From Candidatus Nanoarchaeia archaeon (lineage in GTDB: Archaea > Nanobdellota > Nanobdellia > Woesearchaeales > GW2011-AR9), in the NCBI GenBank assembly GCA_035289345.1, contig DATDXK010000105.1, positions 1 through 35,854 on the forward strand: DNA of 35,854 nucleotides, given 5' to 3'. Shown piece after piece: positions 17,925 through 26,884 of the stretch (its first letter is position 1; every line of letters begins with the position of its first letter). A program made the position numbers and the translations under genes. The notes under the pieces are model-generated. The model was not told the DNA's origin and did not search any database. It was given only the letters and a program-made list of their open reading frames with translations.

Positions 17925-19268
17925 ATGGCGTTTGATGTTATCATTGGCCGCAGCAAGAAGGATATTGAAAAATACGGCAAAGATGGAACCGTTTTTATCG
18001 GCAAGCAATATGTTGAGATCGGGCAAACCACTTCTCTTTCCAATCCAGTCTATTTGGATGTTGCCAGCGCCCATGTGGTATTTATAGTTGGCAAGAGGGG
18101 ATCCGGAAAATCCTACTCGATTGGTTCCATCGCTGAAGGGTTAGCTGATTTACCAAAAGAGATTAGACAGAATCTTTCCATCCTCCTGATTGACACCATG
18201 GGCATCTACTGGACCATGAAATATCCTAATTTTCAAGATGCCGAATTGTTGAAGGATTGGAATTTGGAGCCCAGAGGCTTGGATGTCAAGATCTTCACTC
18301 CAGAAGGGTTTTATAACAAGTATAAGGAAGAAGGCATACCTACTGATGTCCCCTTTTCCATCCGGCCGTTAGATGTCAATCCCCTGGACTGGTGCCGGGC
18401 CTTTTCACTGGGGCCAAATACCGCGGAAGGCGTTTTAATCACAAAAATAATACAACCATTGCAGGATCAGCGGGTTAACTATGACTTAGATGAGTTAATC
18501 CAACTGATTAGGAAAGATTCAGAAAGCGAAAAAGTAGTTAGGAACATTATCATTAACGAGTTTACCAAGGCTAAAGGCTGGAATATTTTTTCTAAACGGG
18601 GAACTCCGTTGACTGAGCTGGTATCTCGTGGCCAGGTTACAGTCTTGGATGTCAGTCCTTATGCCACCATGGCTTCAGGGTGGGAAATAAAAGCTTTAGT
18701 AGTGGGCTTAATCTGCCGGTCATTATTCAACCAAAGGATGCTGGCCAGAAAAACTGAGGAATTTAAAACGTTGGATGCGGCCATGCATTATTTTAAAAAA
18801 CAACCCTTAGAAGAGCTGAAAGAGCCGTTAGTGTGGATTGCTTTGGATGAGGCGCATGAATTGTTGCCTATTGATAAAGAAACAGCGGCCACCGACGCTT
18901 TAATCACTATCCTACGTGAAGGCAGGCAGCCGGGAATCTCTTTGGTCTTGGCTTCACAGCAGCCGGGAAAGATTCATACTGATGTGTTGACCCAATCAGA
19001 TGTTGTGCTGGCTCACCGCTTGACTGCCAAGCTGGATATAGACTCTCTTGGTGCTTTAATACAGAGCTATATGCGGCAGGGCTTGGATAAGGAGTTGAAT
19101 CTTCTGCCGCCGGTTAAGGGAGCAGCAGTAATCTTTGATGATTCCAATGAAAGATTGTTTCCTATCCAGATGAAACCCAGATTTACCTGGCATGGCGGCG
19201 GCGCGCCTTTTGCCATAAAGGAAAAGAAGAATGACTTTGAACGGAAATTAAGGGAATTAAGGCTATAG
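17925..19268 (+). CDS. HerA/FtsK-superfamily (DUF87-like) P-loop ATPase
   Basis: Walker A VGKRGSGKSY, Walker B VWIALDEAHELLP, and REGRQPGISLVLASQQP, which is typical of the HerA-FtsK clade. Confidence 0.65.
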   Translation: MAFDVIIGRSKKDIEKYGKDGTVFIGKQYVEIGQTTSLSNPVYLDVASAHVVFIVGKRGSGKSYSIGSIAEGLADLPKEIRQNLSILLIDTMGIYWTMKYPNFQDAELLKDWNLEPRGLDVKIFTPEGFYNKYKEEGIPTDVPFSIRPLDVNPLDWCRAFSLGPNTAEGVLITKIIQPLQDQRVNYDLDELIQLIRKDSESEKVVRNIIINEFTKAKGWNIFSKRGTPLTELVSRGQVTVLDVSPYATMASGWEIKALVVGLICRSLFNQRMLARKTEEFKTLDAAMHYFKKQPLEELKEPLVWIALDEAHELLPIDKETAATDALITILREGRQPGISLVLASQQPGKIHTDVLTQSDVVLAHRLTAKLDIDSLGALIQSYMRQGLDKELNLLPPVKGAAVIFDDSNERLFPIQMKPRFTWHGGGAPFAIKEKKNDFERKLRELRL

Positions 19269-19308
19269 TACAAGCTAGATTTATGATAAATTCATTTCAG
19301 TTGGTGAA

Positions 19309-20001
19309 TTAAGCCTCTTTCCTGATGATATCAGCAATCTCCTTTTCAAAACCAAAGAAAAGGTGCCCCATCTTTTTTATCTCATAATTCTTATAACTTT
19401 CAGCCAGGCTTTTGATCAAGAAAGGGTCCTTTTCTCCAGAAATCAGGATTAATTCATTTTTAACTCTGTTGAGGCTGCTGTGATTGTCATTTAAGATGAC
19501 ATTTCTTAAAGTGCTGGATTCAGATTGAAAAGTATGCTTGAAATAATCCCAGAGCGAGCCAAAATATCTTCCATATAACAGCAAGCCTAAAGGAAGGGCT
19601 AAGAACTTCCAGAACATTTTGCTGTGGCAGATAGCTTTACCCAGCCAGTGGCCATCAATAAACAGCCTGTTAAAAAGATTATTTTTAATTTTCTGCTTAT
19701 TGAAGGGGTAGTTTATGCAGAAAATCTTTTTTACATTATTTGGATATTTGAGAGCCAATTCTTTAGCCAGTATCCCGCCCATCGAATGCCCTACCATGAC
19801 ATAGCTCTGATCCCAGTCCAGCTTATCTTTGATAAAATTAAGATACAATTCTAAATCATAGCTTATTTTCGGTTTTTTCTCGTTGCCAAAGCCGATCAAA
19901 TCAAAAGCAATAATATTATATTCAGAAAGATTTTTGATGAGATACTTAAAATTTCTTCTGCTGCCGGCAGAGCCATGGATAAAGACAATGTTTTTTTTCA
20001 T
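19309..20001 (-). CDS. Alpha/beta-fold hydrolase
   Basis: IVFIHGSAGS oxyanion region, nucleophile elbow GHSMGG and a C-terminal His (GHLFF). Confidence 0.8.
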   Translation of the reverse strand: MKKNIVFIHGSAGSRRNFKYLIKNLSEYNIIAFDLIGFGNEKKPKISYDLELYLNFIKDKLDWDQSYVMVGHSMGGILAKELALKYPNNVKKIFCINYPFNKQKIKNNLFNRLFIDGHWLGKAICHSKMFWKFLALPLGLLLYGRYFGSLWDYFKHTFQSESSTLRNVILNDNHSSLNRVKNELILISGEKDPFLIKSLAESYKNYEIKKMGHLFFGFEKEIADIIRKEA

Positions 20002-20211
20002 AGACCAGATAAAGGATAAAACTGTATATAAAATAGGCTATTTTCTGGCTTAGCATTTTCTTTTGTTAGTTTTAAAATTTCATGCAACTCCCATCTCAGC
20101 TGCAAAAGCAATCGGAAAGCGCTCAGCGAATTGATGATAACTGCATTTTTTTCAGATCCATAATCAAGCAAAAGTAATTTATACTACAAAAAAATCCTTT
20201 AATTCCATCAG

Positions 20212-21120
20212 ATGGTGCTAGAACATATTTTTCCTGAAGACTGGCTGGAGCAGAAAGGCCGCTATGCTTTCGTCTTAGGGGTAGTTTATTCCATCGTCGG
20301 GCTGATGCTAGCCCGCTTTTTATTCCGCGGCGATCCGGCATTAGTGGCAGTAGGCCTCACTTCATTATTGCTCCTGCCGGAGCTGTATAAAATATTTTCA
20401 ATAGAAGAGCGAAAAGAAAGCCTGGAAAATAAAGTGTCTATCCGCTCCCTCTGGCGCAACGATATTAACTTGGTGAGAGTTTATATTTTCCTGTTTCTGG
20501 GAATCCTGCTGGTTTATTCCATCGGCGCTATTTTGCTGCCTAGTGTAACCACCAACACCTTATTTAGGGAACAGCTGGAAGTGCGTTTTGGCCAAGGATT
20601 TGCGGGAAACGCTATCACCGGCAATGCTGTTTCCAGCAGCGCTTTCAACTCTGGCCTGTTCTTTAGCTTGCTGAGCAATAATTTTTTAGTATTAATTGCT
20701 TGTTTCATCATGGCTTTGCTGACTGGCGATGGCGCAATTTTCCTAATTACCTGGAATGCTTCAGTCTGGGGCACTATTTTTGGAATTACGGCTAAAAATG
20801 CTTCCTTATTCACCGGAGGCAACGCTTACCTGACCTTTGCCTTGATTTTGCTGATTGTCTTTCCGCACATGATCATTGAAGGAATCTCTTATTTTTTAGC
20901 GGCGATATCCGGGTCAGTCATTTCTAAAGATGTTATCCTGGAACAATTCATGTCTTCCCGCTTCTTTGAAGTGTTTGGCTTTAACTTATATTTGCTGCTA
21001 TTAGGGCTGTTATTTTTACTGCTGGGAGCCTTTGTGGAAACTTTTGTCCTGGATAATGTAGGCATCTACCAAGAGATTATCCAGCAGAGCCTGAAGGCTG
21101 TCAGCAGCAGGGGGTTGTAG
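20212..21120 (+). CDS. SpoIIM-like (DUF95) integral membrane protein
   Basis: Multiple TM helices. FPHMIIEGISYFLAAISG resembles the conserved PHG..E motif of the SpoIIM/DUF95 family. Confidence 0.5.
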   Translation: MVLEHIFPEDWLEQKGRYAFVLGVVYSIVGLMLARFLFRGDPALVAVGLTSLLLLPELYKIFSIEERKESLENKVSIRSLWRNDINLVRVYIFLFLGILLVYSIGAILLPSVTTNTLFREQLEVRFGQGFAGNAITGNAVSSSAFNSGLFFSLLSNNFLVLIACFIMALLTGDGAIFLITWNASVWGTIFGITAKNASLFTGGNAYLTFALILLIVFPHMIIEGISYFLAAISGSVISKDVILEQFMSSRFFEVFGFNLYLLLLGLLFLLLGAFVETFVLDNVGIYQEIIQQSLKAVSSRGL

Positions 21121-21191
21121 TAAGTTAGCTTTAGATTTTCTAATTCTGTTCGTAATAATTTAGATTTGTTCTATTGTTGTATTTAACCAAT

Positions 21192-22007
21192 TCAACCATG
21201 CGGCTTGCACACATCATAAAAGTCGCATTGCCCGGTAGACCATTTGCATAAGCTGGTGATGGTCTTTGGATAATCATCTTTTTTCTCCGTGGCTGAAGTA
21301 TGAGTGTGGATTAATTTAATCTCAGTCCTGGCTAAATCCATCAGTTGCTCATCTACAGTTATCAGCTTCAATTTGTGCCTCAAGAAAAAGATCCCTACTT
21401 TGGAAGGCAATTTACCATGCTTTTCAAAATATAGCAGGGAGTAGATGGCTAGCTGCAGCTTGTTTTCATCTTTCAAGTCAAAACTGGAATTAGTCTTGTA
21501 ATCAATAATGTGGACTTCATTTCCTATTTGCTTAACGGCATCAATAAACCCTCTAACTGAATAATTATCAGACCGATATTCTTGTTCCCGCAGTGGCGTT
21601 AATTCCAGAAAGGCCTGTTGTATCGAACAATTCTTTTTTTGCCTAAGAAGGTCCAAATCATTAATCAGATGATTTACCCAGTTCATGATCATCAACATGG
21701 TTTCTTCAAAATAAAATATCTTCAGGTCTTGGTGCAATCCCAGCTTGTCCAGCTCGGCCTGCTTGAGCTTCCAATGGTGCAAAAATAATTTTTGGGCCGT
21801 TTCCTTTAATTTAGCGGGATAATTTTCTTCATTTAACTGTGAGGAATCAAGATCAAAAAAATTCTCCAAGGTGGAATGGGCAATATTCCCTCGCACTTGA
21901 TGGATGTTAGAAACGGTAGGCAGCTTTTCGAGGTATTGGTAATAATATTTTCTTTTGCATTGCTTGAAGGTATTGATGGACGATGGTGACTCAACTCTTT
22001 TCGGCAT
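21192..22007 (-). CDS. PD-(D/E)XK nuclease with Cas4/AddB-type four-cysteine cluster (orphan Cas4-like)
   Basis: N-terminal SPSSINTFKQCKRKYYYQYL (Cys1). FIDAV...IIDYKT and QLAIY core motifs. C-terminal CKWSTGQCDFYDVC (Cys2-4). Confidence 0.75.
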   Translation of the reverse strand: MPKRVESPSSINTFKQCKRKYYYQYLEKLPTVSNIHQVRGNIAHSTLENFFDLDSSQLNEENYPAKLKETAQKLFLHHWKLKQAELDKLGLHQDLKIFYFEETMLMIMNWVNHLINDLDLLRQKKNCSIQQAFLELTPLREQEYRSDNYSVRGFIDAVKQIGNEVHIIDYKTNSSFDLKDENKLQLAIYSLLYFEKHGKLPSKVGIFFLRHKLKLITVDEQLMDLARTEIKLIHTHTSATEKKDDYPKTITSLCKWSTGQCDFYDVCKPHG

Positions 22008-22133
22008 TAAAGAAATTTAAGCTAACCCCTATATATGCCTTTGTTTAAGTTAGAGAGTAGTAAAAAATAAGTACATTTTTAAAGGCTAAAAACCAACCTC
22101 TAATTAAGCGGCAATCAACCCGTTCTCTTGCAG

Positions 22134-22571
22134 CTAATCTGATTCATCGGCAGGAGGGCTTCCAAATCCTTCTTCAACAGTTAAGGTGATTCCTTCTCCA
22201 GCGATAACCGTTCCAGTATAATCAGTAATCTCTTGCTCTTCCAGATCGTTAAGCTGCCTGATTGGTGATCCTTCAATGGTAACTGATCTGGACGTTTCTG
22301 GCAGCACTACTTCCTCCAAATTTACCGTCTTTAGCCGCTGTTGTTGGTAAGCTTCACTGATTCCTGAAGGCCCCTTAATGGCCAGTGGCGTTTCACCATA
22401 CATCATGACTTTATGAACATCTCCTAAGACTTTTTGCTGTTTATAATCCTGTGCTGGACGGGTCGATAAAAACCGGTCTAAACTATCATTATAATTGTTA
22501 GGCGTTACGCAAGCCGCCAATTCAGCTAAAAAACTGCCTACTACTAAACCCTTAATTACAAAATATTTCAT
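22134..22571 (-). CDS. Hypothetical secreted/lipoprotein-like protein
   Basis: Signal-like N-terminus ending LAACV, with an acidic C-terminus. Confidence 0.4.
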   Translation of the reverse strand: MKYFVIKGLVVGSFLAELAACVTPNNYNDSLDRFLSTRPAQDYKQQKVLGDVHKVMMYGETPLAIKGPSGISEAYQQQRLKTVNLEEVVLPETSRSVTIEGSPIRQLNDLEEQEITDYTGTVIAGEGITLTVEEGFGSPPADESD

Positions 22572-22704
22572 CTTATCATGCCTCCTTTTTTAGGAAGTCC
22601 AGAAATCTTTACTTCTTGCACTTCCATAACACGAAATGGATACTATTAATTTTATTAAATAAATGTTTCTCTTCTTAAAACTATATTGCCGGAAATTATA
22701 GACT

Positions 22705-23091
22705 TTACCGCAGCAATCTGCTTTCAATCCCGCCAGTGCTGGTTCTGCAGTTATATCCTTGCTCATTGCACACGTATCCCAGTTCATTCAGGTCGGTCCA
22801 AATCGGTTTTTTTGAATCTCCTTCTTCAAAGATGGTTACCGGCTTAATCAATTTTAGAATATTTCTTACCAGCGGATCGGGATGGTTTCGCTTATCTCCC
22901 ACAACTTTGCCAACGGGGATAAATTCAGAGCAGTCTTCTCTATAAACCGGCGGTTTTGGCAGGCTGTGGTAACGGTTGCGGGCTGACAAATTAGTAAACC
23001 CTTCTTCTTCTTCCTCCGGAAAAGAAGCGCAGGCGGCCATTAAGCCTAAGCTGCAGGTTAATACTTTTAATTGATATTTTATCAGGGTCAT
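22705..23091 (-). CDS. Hypothetical secreted/lipoprotein-like protein
   Basis: First ATG at 23091 (MTLIKYQLKVLTCSLGLMAACASF), followed by a Glu run. Confidence 0.4.
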   Translation of the reverse strand: MTLIKYQLKVLTCSLGLMAACASFPEEEEEGFTNLSARNRYHSLPKPPVYREDCSEFIPVGKVVGDKRNHPDPLVRNILKLIKPVTIFEEGDSKKPIWTDLNELGYVCNEQGYNCRTSTGGIESRLLR

Positions 23092-23325
23092 TTTAATTTT
23101 TTGTGATAAATATCCTTTTAACAAGCCTTGTTTTTAAACTTAACTCGGAAAATTAATTGTGCCTTCTTCTTAAAAGAAAACCTTATAAATAACTCTTCTT
23201 TTCGATTAATTAATAGCCAAAGCTTGCCTAAGAGTTGGCAAGTACAGCTGCATGAGGCTAAAAAAAATGCAGATAGGAACGTTTCTATCTAATTAGCTTT
23301 ATCAAAATTATAAGGAGAATCAAAC

Positions 23326-23928
23326 ATGGCAGAACAGGAAACTTTACTAATTGACTCAAATGAATACTTAAAATCAGGAATCCATATCGGCACAAAATTT
23401 AAGACTAAATATATGGCTAACTTTATTTACAAGACCAGGCCGGATGGGTTAAGCGTCTTAAACCTGAAAAAGATCGATGAACGAATTGGCCTGGCTGCTA
23501 AATTTCTGTCTAAATTTAAGCCTGAAGACATTTTAGTAGTTTCCAGGAGAGAAAATGGCTGGAAGGCTTTGAAAAAGCTTAACCAATTAACTGGTATTAG
23601 GGTGATAACTGGCAGGTATCCGCCGGGAATTTTAACCAATGCGCAATTGGAAACATTCACTGAGCCAAAAATAGTAATTGTATGCGACCCCTGGCCGGAT
23701 AAAAATGCCATTGATGACGTCATCAGGGTGGGCATTCCGGTAATTGCTTTGTGTGATACTAACAACCAATCCAATAATATTGATTTAGTTGTGCCTTGCA
23801 ACAACAAGGGCAAGAAATCAGTGGGGCTGCTATTTTACCTGATTGCTAAACGCTACCTGCAGTTGAGGGGAATGCTGGCTGAAGGAGAAGAAATGCCGGC
23901 TAAGATCGAAGATTTTGTTGAAGAATAA
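23326..23928 (+). CDS. rps2: 30S ribosomal protein uS2 (S2)
   Basis: YLKSGIHIGTKFKTKYMANFIYKTRPDGLSVLNLKK and PVIALCDTN motifs. AAGGAG 8 nt upstream of the ATG. Confidence 0.93.
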   Translation: MAEQETLLIDSNEYLKSGIHIGTKFKTKYMANFIYKTRPDGLSVLNLKKIDERIGLAAKFLSKFKPEDILVVSRRENGWKALKKLNQLTGIRVITGRYPPGILTNAQLETFTEPKIVIVCDPWPDKNAIDDVIRVGIPVIALCDTNNQSNNIDLVVPCNNKGKKSVGLLFYLIAKRYLQLRGMLAEGEEMPAKIEDFVEE

Positions 23929-23985
23929 AATCGTTTTGTATCTATCAGCAGTTACCTCCTTTTTTAGCTTAATTTATTCCGAGCT

Positions 23986-24007
23986 GAGGCGGTTTCACGC
24001 ATTTTTA
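23986..24007 (+). repeat. Solo copy of a 22-nt repeat GAGGCGGTTTCACGCATTTTTA
   Basis: Identical over 22 nt to 25469-25490 and to the reverse complement of 25418-25439. Confidence 0.85.
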
Positions 24008-24092
24008 TAATTTTAGAGACAGACTATTCTTAGCATCTAGCTTTTTCTCTTCCACAACCTTTAAAATGAATTTCTAAATCCTTCTGGATAGA

Positions 24093-24839
24093 ATGCAAGC
24101 AGTAATCTTAGCGGCCGGCAAAGGAAAACGGCTGCTGCCTCTCACTGAAGACCTCCCGAAAGGAATGCTGCCAATCAATGGCAAGCCCCTGCTGCAGATA
24201 ATTCTTGAGCAGCTTAAAGCGGTAAATATTGGTGAAGTTATTTTTATTGTAAATTTTTGCCAGGAGAAAATTATTAATTATTTTGGCGATGGCTCAAAAT
24301 TTGGGGTTAAAATAAGCTATGTCAGACAGAAAGAAAGGAAAGGGACGGCTGATGCCGTGCTGCAGGCAGAAAGGGTGGTCACTGGCGATAAATTTGTCTG
24401 CATCGCCTGTGATTCCTTATTTGAGAACAGCTTATTGCCACGGCTGCTGTCCAACAGCTCAAAGGCAAACGGAGTTATTACCTGCCGGGAAGTTTCTGAT
24501 ACTAAAGGATATGGCGTGTTAAGACTGGCTCCGGATAAATCTAATCTTCCATCATCTAATCCAGCATTTAATCAGGTCTTGGAGATCGTCGAGAAGCCAG
24601 AGCAGGCTCCCAGTAATCTGGCTAATTTCAGCGTTTACTTATTTCCTCGGGAGATATTTGCCGCCTGCCAGAAAGTCAAGCCCAGTGCAAGAGGCGAATT
24701 AGAGATCAATGACGCCATCAAGATGCTGATTGATTCCGGCCAGCAGTTTACTTATGTCAAAAGCCAGGACATCATCGATATCGGGACTTTTGAGCAGCTG
24801 TCAGAAGCCAACGGGATAGATAAACGATTAAGGCTGTAA
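24093..24839 (+). CDS. Sugar-phosphate nucleotidyltransferase (glucose-1-phosphate thymidylyl/uridylyltransferase-like)
   Basis: MQAVILAAGKGKRLLPLTEDLPKGMLPINGKPLL is the signature N-terminus of NDP-sugar pyrophosphorylases. Confidence 0.88.
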   Translation: MQAVILAAGKGKRLLPLTEDLPKGMLPINGKPLLQIILEQLKAVNIGEVIFIVNFCQEKIINYFGDGSKFGVKISYVRQKERKGTADAVLQAERVVTGDKFVCIACDSLFENSLLPRLLSNSSKANGVITCREVSDTKGYGVLRLAPDKSNLPSSNPAFNQVLEIVEKPEQAPSNLANFSVYLFPREIFAACQKVKPSARGELEINDAIKMLIDSGQQFTYVKSQDIIDIGTFEQLSEANGIDKRLRL

Positions 24840-25027
24840 GTTTCTTGAAATTATAAGCAATGGTTTTTGAAAGCTGCTTATACCTGTACATTAGAACATT
24901 TGTTTTGAAACATTTACACCGACGGCATTATCATTTCATCATTAAGTTGTCGTAGTACTAGGTTTTGATTGCTGTTGACACCAAATCCTTAAGAACATTT
25001 ATTTACTTTATTGCTTTCTAATAATTA

Positions 25028-25345
25028 ATGGCCTGGTCCTTATCTGCTTATCAAATCAAATATCTTTTTGTCTCCAGGGCTGGCCCTAAACGATGGGTCA
25101 TCAATGGCTCAGTGACAGTTCTGGGGATTGATGAGCTGGAGGCGGTAAAAAATGCCCGGCCCAGATTAGAGCTGGAAAGAACTAAACTGCTGCAGCGGAC
25201 CACGACTATTGACCGGCACTTTCCAGGTTATGATTTGGAAGTGAGGCTGGTCACCAAACTGCCATTTCACCTTCCGGCTTTAACCAGCGAAGAGCGGCTT
25301 ATCCCGGCGTTTAATTACTTGGGAGCAGGAATCTTTTTGGATTGA
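25028..25345 (+). CDS. Hypothetical protein
   Basis: ATG start, 105 aa, no recognised motif. Followed directly by the palindromic repeat region. Confidence 0.35.
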   Translation: MAWSLSAYQIKYLFVSRAGPKRWVINGSVTVLGIDELEAVKNARPRLELERTKLLQRTTTIDRHFPGYDLEVRLVTKLPFHLPALTSEERLIPAFNYLGAGIFLD

Positions 25346-25359
25346 GGCGTTTTAAGGTT

Positions 25360-25415
25360 ATGCAAAAAATTTCGCTGGGTGTAAAACCCCGCCCTTTAGG
25401 GCGAAATTTTTGCAT
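25360..25415. repeat. Imperfect hairpin ATGCAAAAAATTTCGC / GCGAAATTTTTGCAT
   Basis: 15-16 bp arms with a one-A bulge. The 25-nt loop contains the small hairpins GGGTgtaaaACCC and GCCCtttaGGGC. Confidence 0.7.
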
Positions 25416-25492
25416 GCTAAAAATGCGTGAAACCGCCTCTTTTGAAACCTCGTCATTTATGGCGAGGTGAGGCGGTTTCACGCATTTTTAGC
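25416..25492. repeat. Perfect 24-bp inverted repeat (GCTAAAAATGCGTGAAACCGCCTC / GAGGCGGTTTCACGCATTTTTAGC) with nested inner stem
   Basis: Arms at 25416-25439 and 25469-25492 are exact reverse complements. The spacer holds ACCTCG (25447-52) pairing with CGAGGT (25463-68), which abuts the right arm. Confidence 0.9.
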
Positions 25493-25644
25493 ATTTTTAG
25501 TGATTGGGTCAAAGTGGCTTTCTATCCCTAAGAAGTCCAGAGTACTAATGTGCAAGACCCATTTTCTGCTTCACCAGCTATTTGGACTGTTGATTTTTCT
25601 TTTTAACAAAACTTTTATCAAAAAACAGGCTATTTCTACATAAA

Positions 25645-26856
25645 ATGTTTATCTACCAACCAGCAGATGATTCATATTTACTAGAGAAGCACGTGCTAGC
25701 GAAAGCCTTTGGCCGAGTCCTGGATATGGGAACAGGTTCGGGCATCCAGGCCTTAGCGGCTTTAAGCAATCACGATGTTGGCGAAGTTGTGGCCGTGGAT
25801 ATTGATGAAGAGGCTATAACTGGATTAAAAGAAAAAATAAAACTAGAAAAATTAAGAAAAATAAAGGCCCTTCAAAGCAATTTATTTGAGCAGGTTTCAG
25901 GCCAATTCAACACCATTATCTTCAATCCGCCCTACCTGCCGCAGGATAAGGTAAATCAGCAGGCTATTGAAGACCAAACGATTTACGGAGGAAAAAAAGG
26001 ATGGGAGATTTCAGAACAGTTTTTTCATCAAGTTACCAGGTTTCTAGCCCCGGATGGCCAGATTTTGTTTCTGTTTTCTTCTTTAACCAACCGGGATAAA
26101 GTTAAGGGGATCATTGAAAAAAACCTATTAACATTCAAGGAGCTGGATAAGCAAAAACTGCCGTTTGAAGAATTATTTGTTTATCAAATAACTAAGACGG
26201 GATTATTAAGGGAATTGGAAGCGAGGCTGCTGGAAGAGATTCATTATTTTGCCAAAGGCCAAAGAGGAATTATTTATAAGGCTATTCAAGATCGTTCCAA
26301 GCTGGTCAAGACCCATTTTCCCCGCAAGAAAGATTTGATTAAGGTGGCCATTAAAGCAAAACGGGAAGATTCTGAAGCATTAAACACTATCCAGAATGAA
26401 AGTTATTGGCTAAAAGTCCTGAATAAGGCAGGAATAGGCCCTAGATATTTGTTTTCAGGGGAAAATTATCTGGTATATGAGTTTGTGGAGGGTGAATTCA
26501 TCCTGGATTGGATAAAAAAGAACAGTAAGGAAGAAATAAAGATAGTGCTGGAGAAGGTGCTAGTCCAGTGCCGCCAATTAGACCAATTAGGCGTAAACAA
26601 GGAAGAGATGCATCATCCCACTAAACATCTTCTGGTAACTTCAGATAACCAGCCGATACTTCTGGATTTTGAAAGATGCTCTAAAACGATTAAGCCCAAA
26701 AATGTCACCCAATTCATCGAATTTATCTGCCGGATCAAGGAAGAATTGGAGAGCAGAGAGCTGAGCATTGATGTTGATTTTTTAAGAAAATTGGCGGGAG
26801 AGTATAAGGATACGGGCAATAAGGAAATTCTCAAAGAAATTTTTCCCATTCCTTAA
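25645..26856 (+). CDS. Fusion protein: HemK/Mtq2-like N5-glutamine methyltransferase domain plus C-terminal protein-kinase-fold (Bud32/RIO/COG2112-like) domain
   Basis: N-terminal half: YQPADDSYLL, VLDMGTGSGI (motif I), IIFNPPYLP (NPPY). C-terminal half: GQRGIIYKA (G-loop-like), VAIKAKR (VAIK Lys), YLVYEFVEGE (hinge), EMHHPTKHLLV (atypical catalytic loop), ILLDFERC (DFG-like). Confidence 0.7.
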   Translation: MFIYQPADDSYLLEKHVLAKAFGRVLDMGTGSGIQALAALSNHDVGEVVAVDIDEEAITGLKEKIKLEKLRKIKALQSNLFEQVSGQFNTIIFNPPYLPQDKVNQQAIEDQTIYGGKKGWEISEQFFHQVTRFLAPDGQILFLFSSLTNRDKVKGIIEKNLLTFKELDKQKLPFEELFVYQITKTGLLRELEARLLEEIHYFAKGQRGIIYKAIQDRSKLVKTHFPRKKDLIKVAIKAKREDSEALNTIQNESYWLKVLNKAGIGPRYLFSGENYLVYEFVEGEFILDWIKKNSKEEIKIVLEKVLVQCRQLDQLGVNKEEMHHPTKHLLVTSDNQPILLDFERCSKTIKPKNVTQFIEFICRIKEELESRELSIDVDFLRKLAGEYKDTGNKEILKEIFPIP

Positions 26857-26884
26857 GTATTTTTCAGGCTTTAATATTTTTAGC

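Noticed and set aside
20123-20341. 72-aa minus-strand ORF, and a UGAUGA (C-box-like) at 20132-20137 considered as a C/D box sRNA
   Set aside because: The ORF overlaps the 5' end of the SpoIIM-like gene and has no support. No CUGA D box or terminal pairing follows the C-box-like hexamer on that strand.
24936-24942. AUGAUGA on the minus strand as a possible C box of a C/D sRNA
   Set aside because: No D or D' (CUGA) box lies within about 70 nt downstream on that strand, so this is a chance match in AT-rich DNA.
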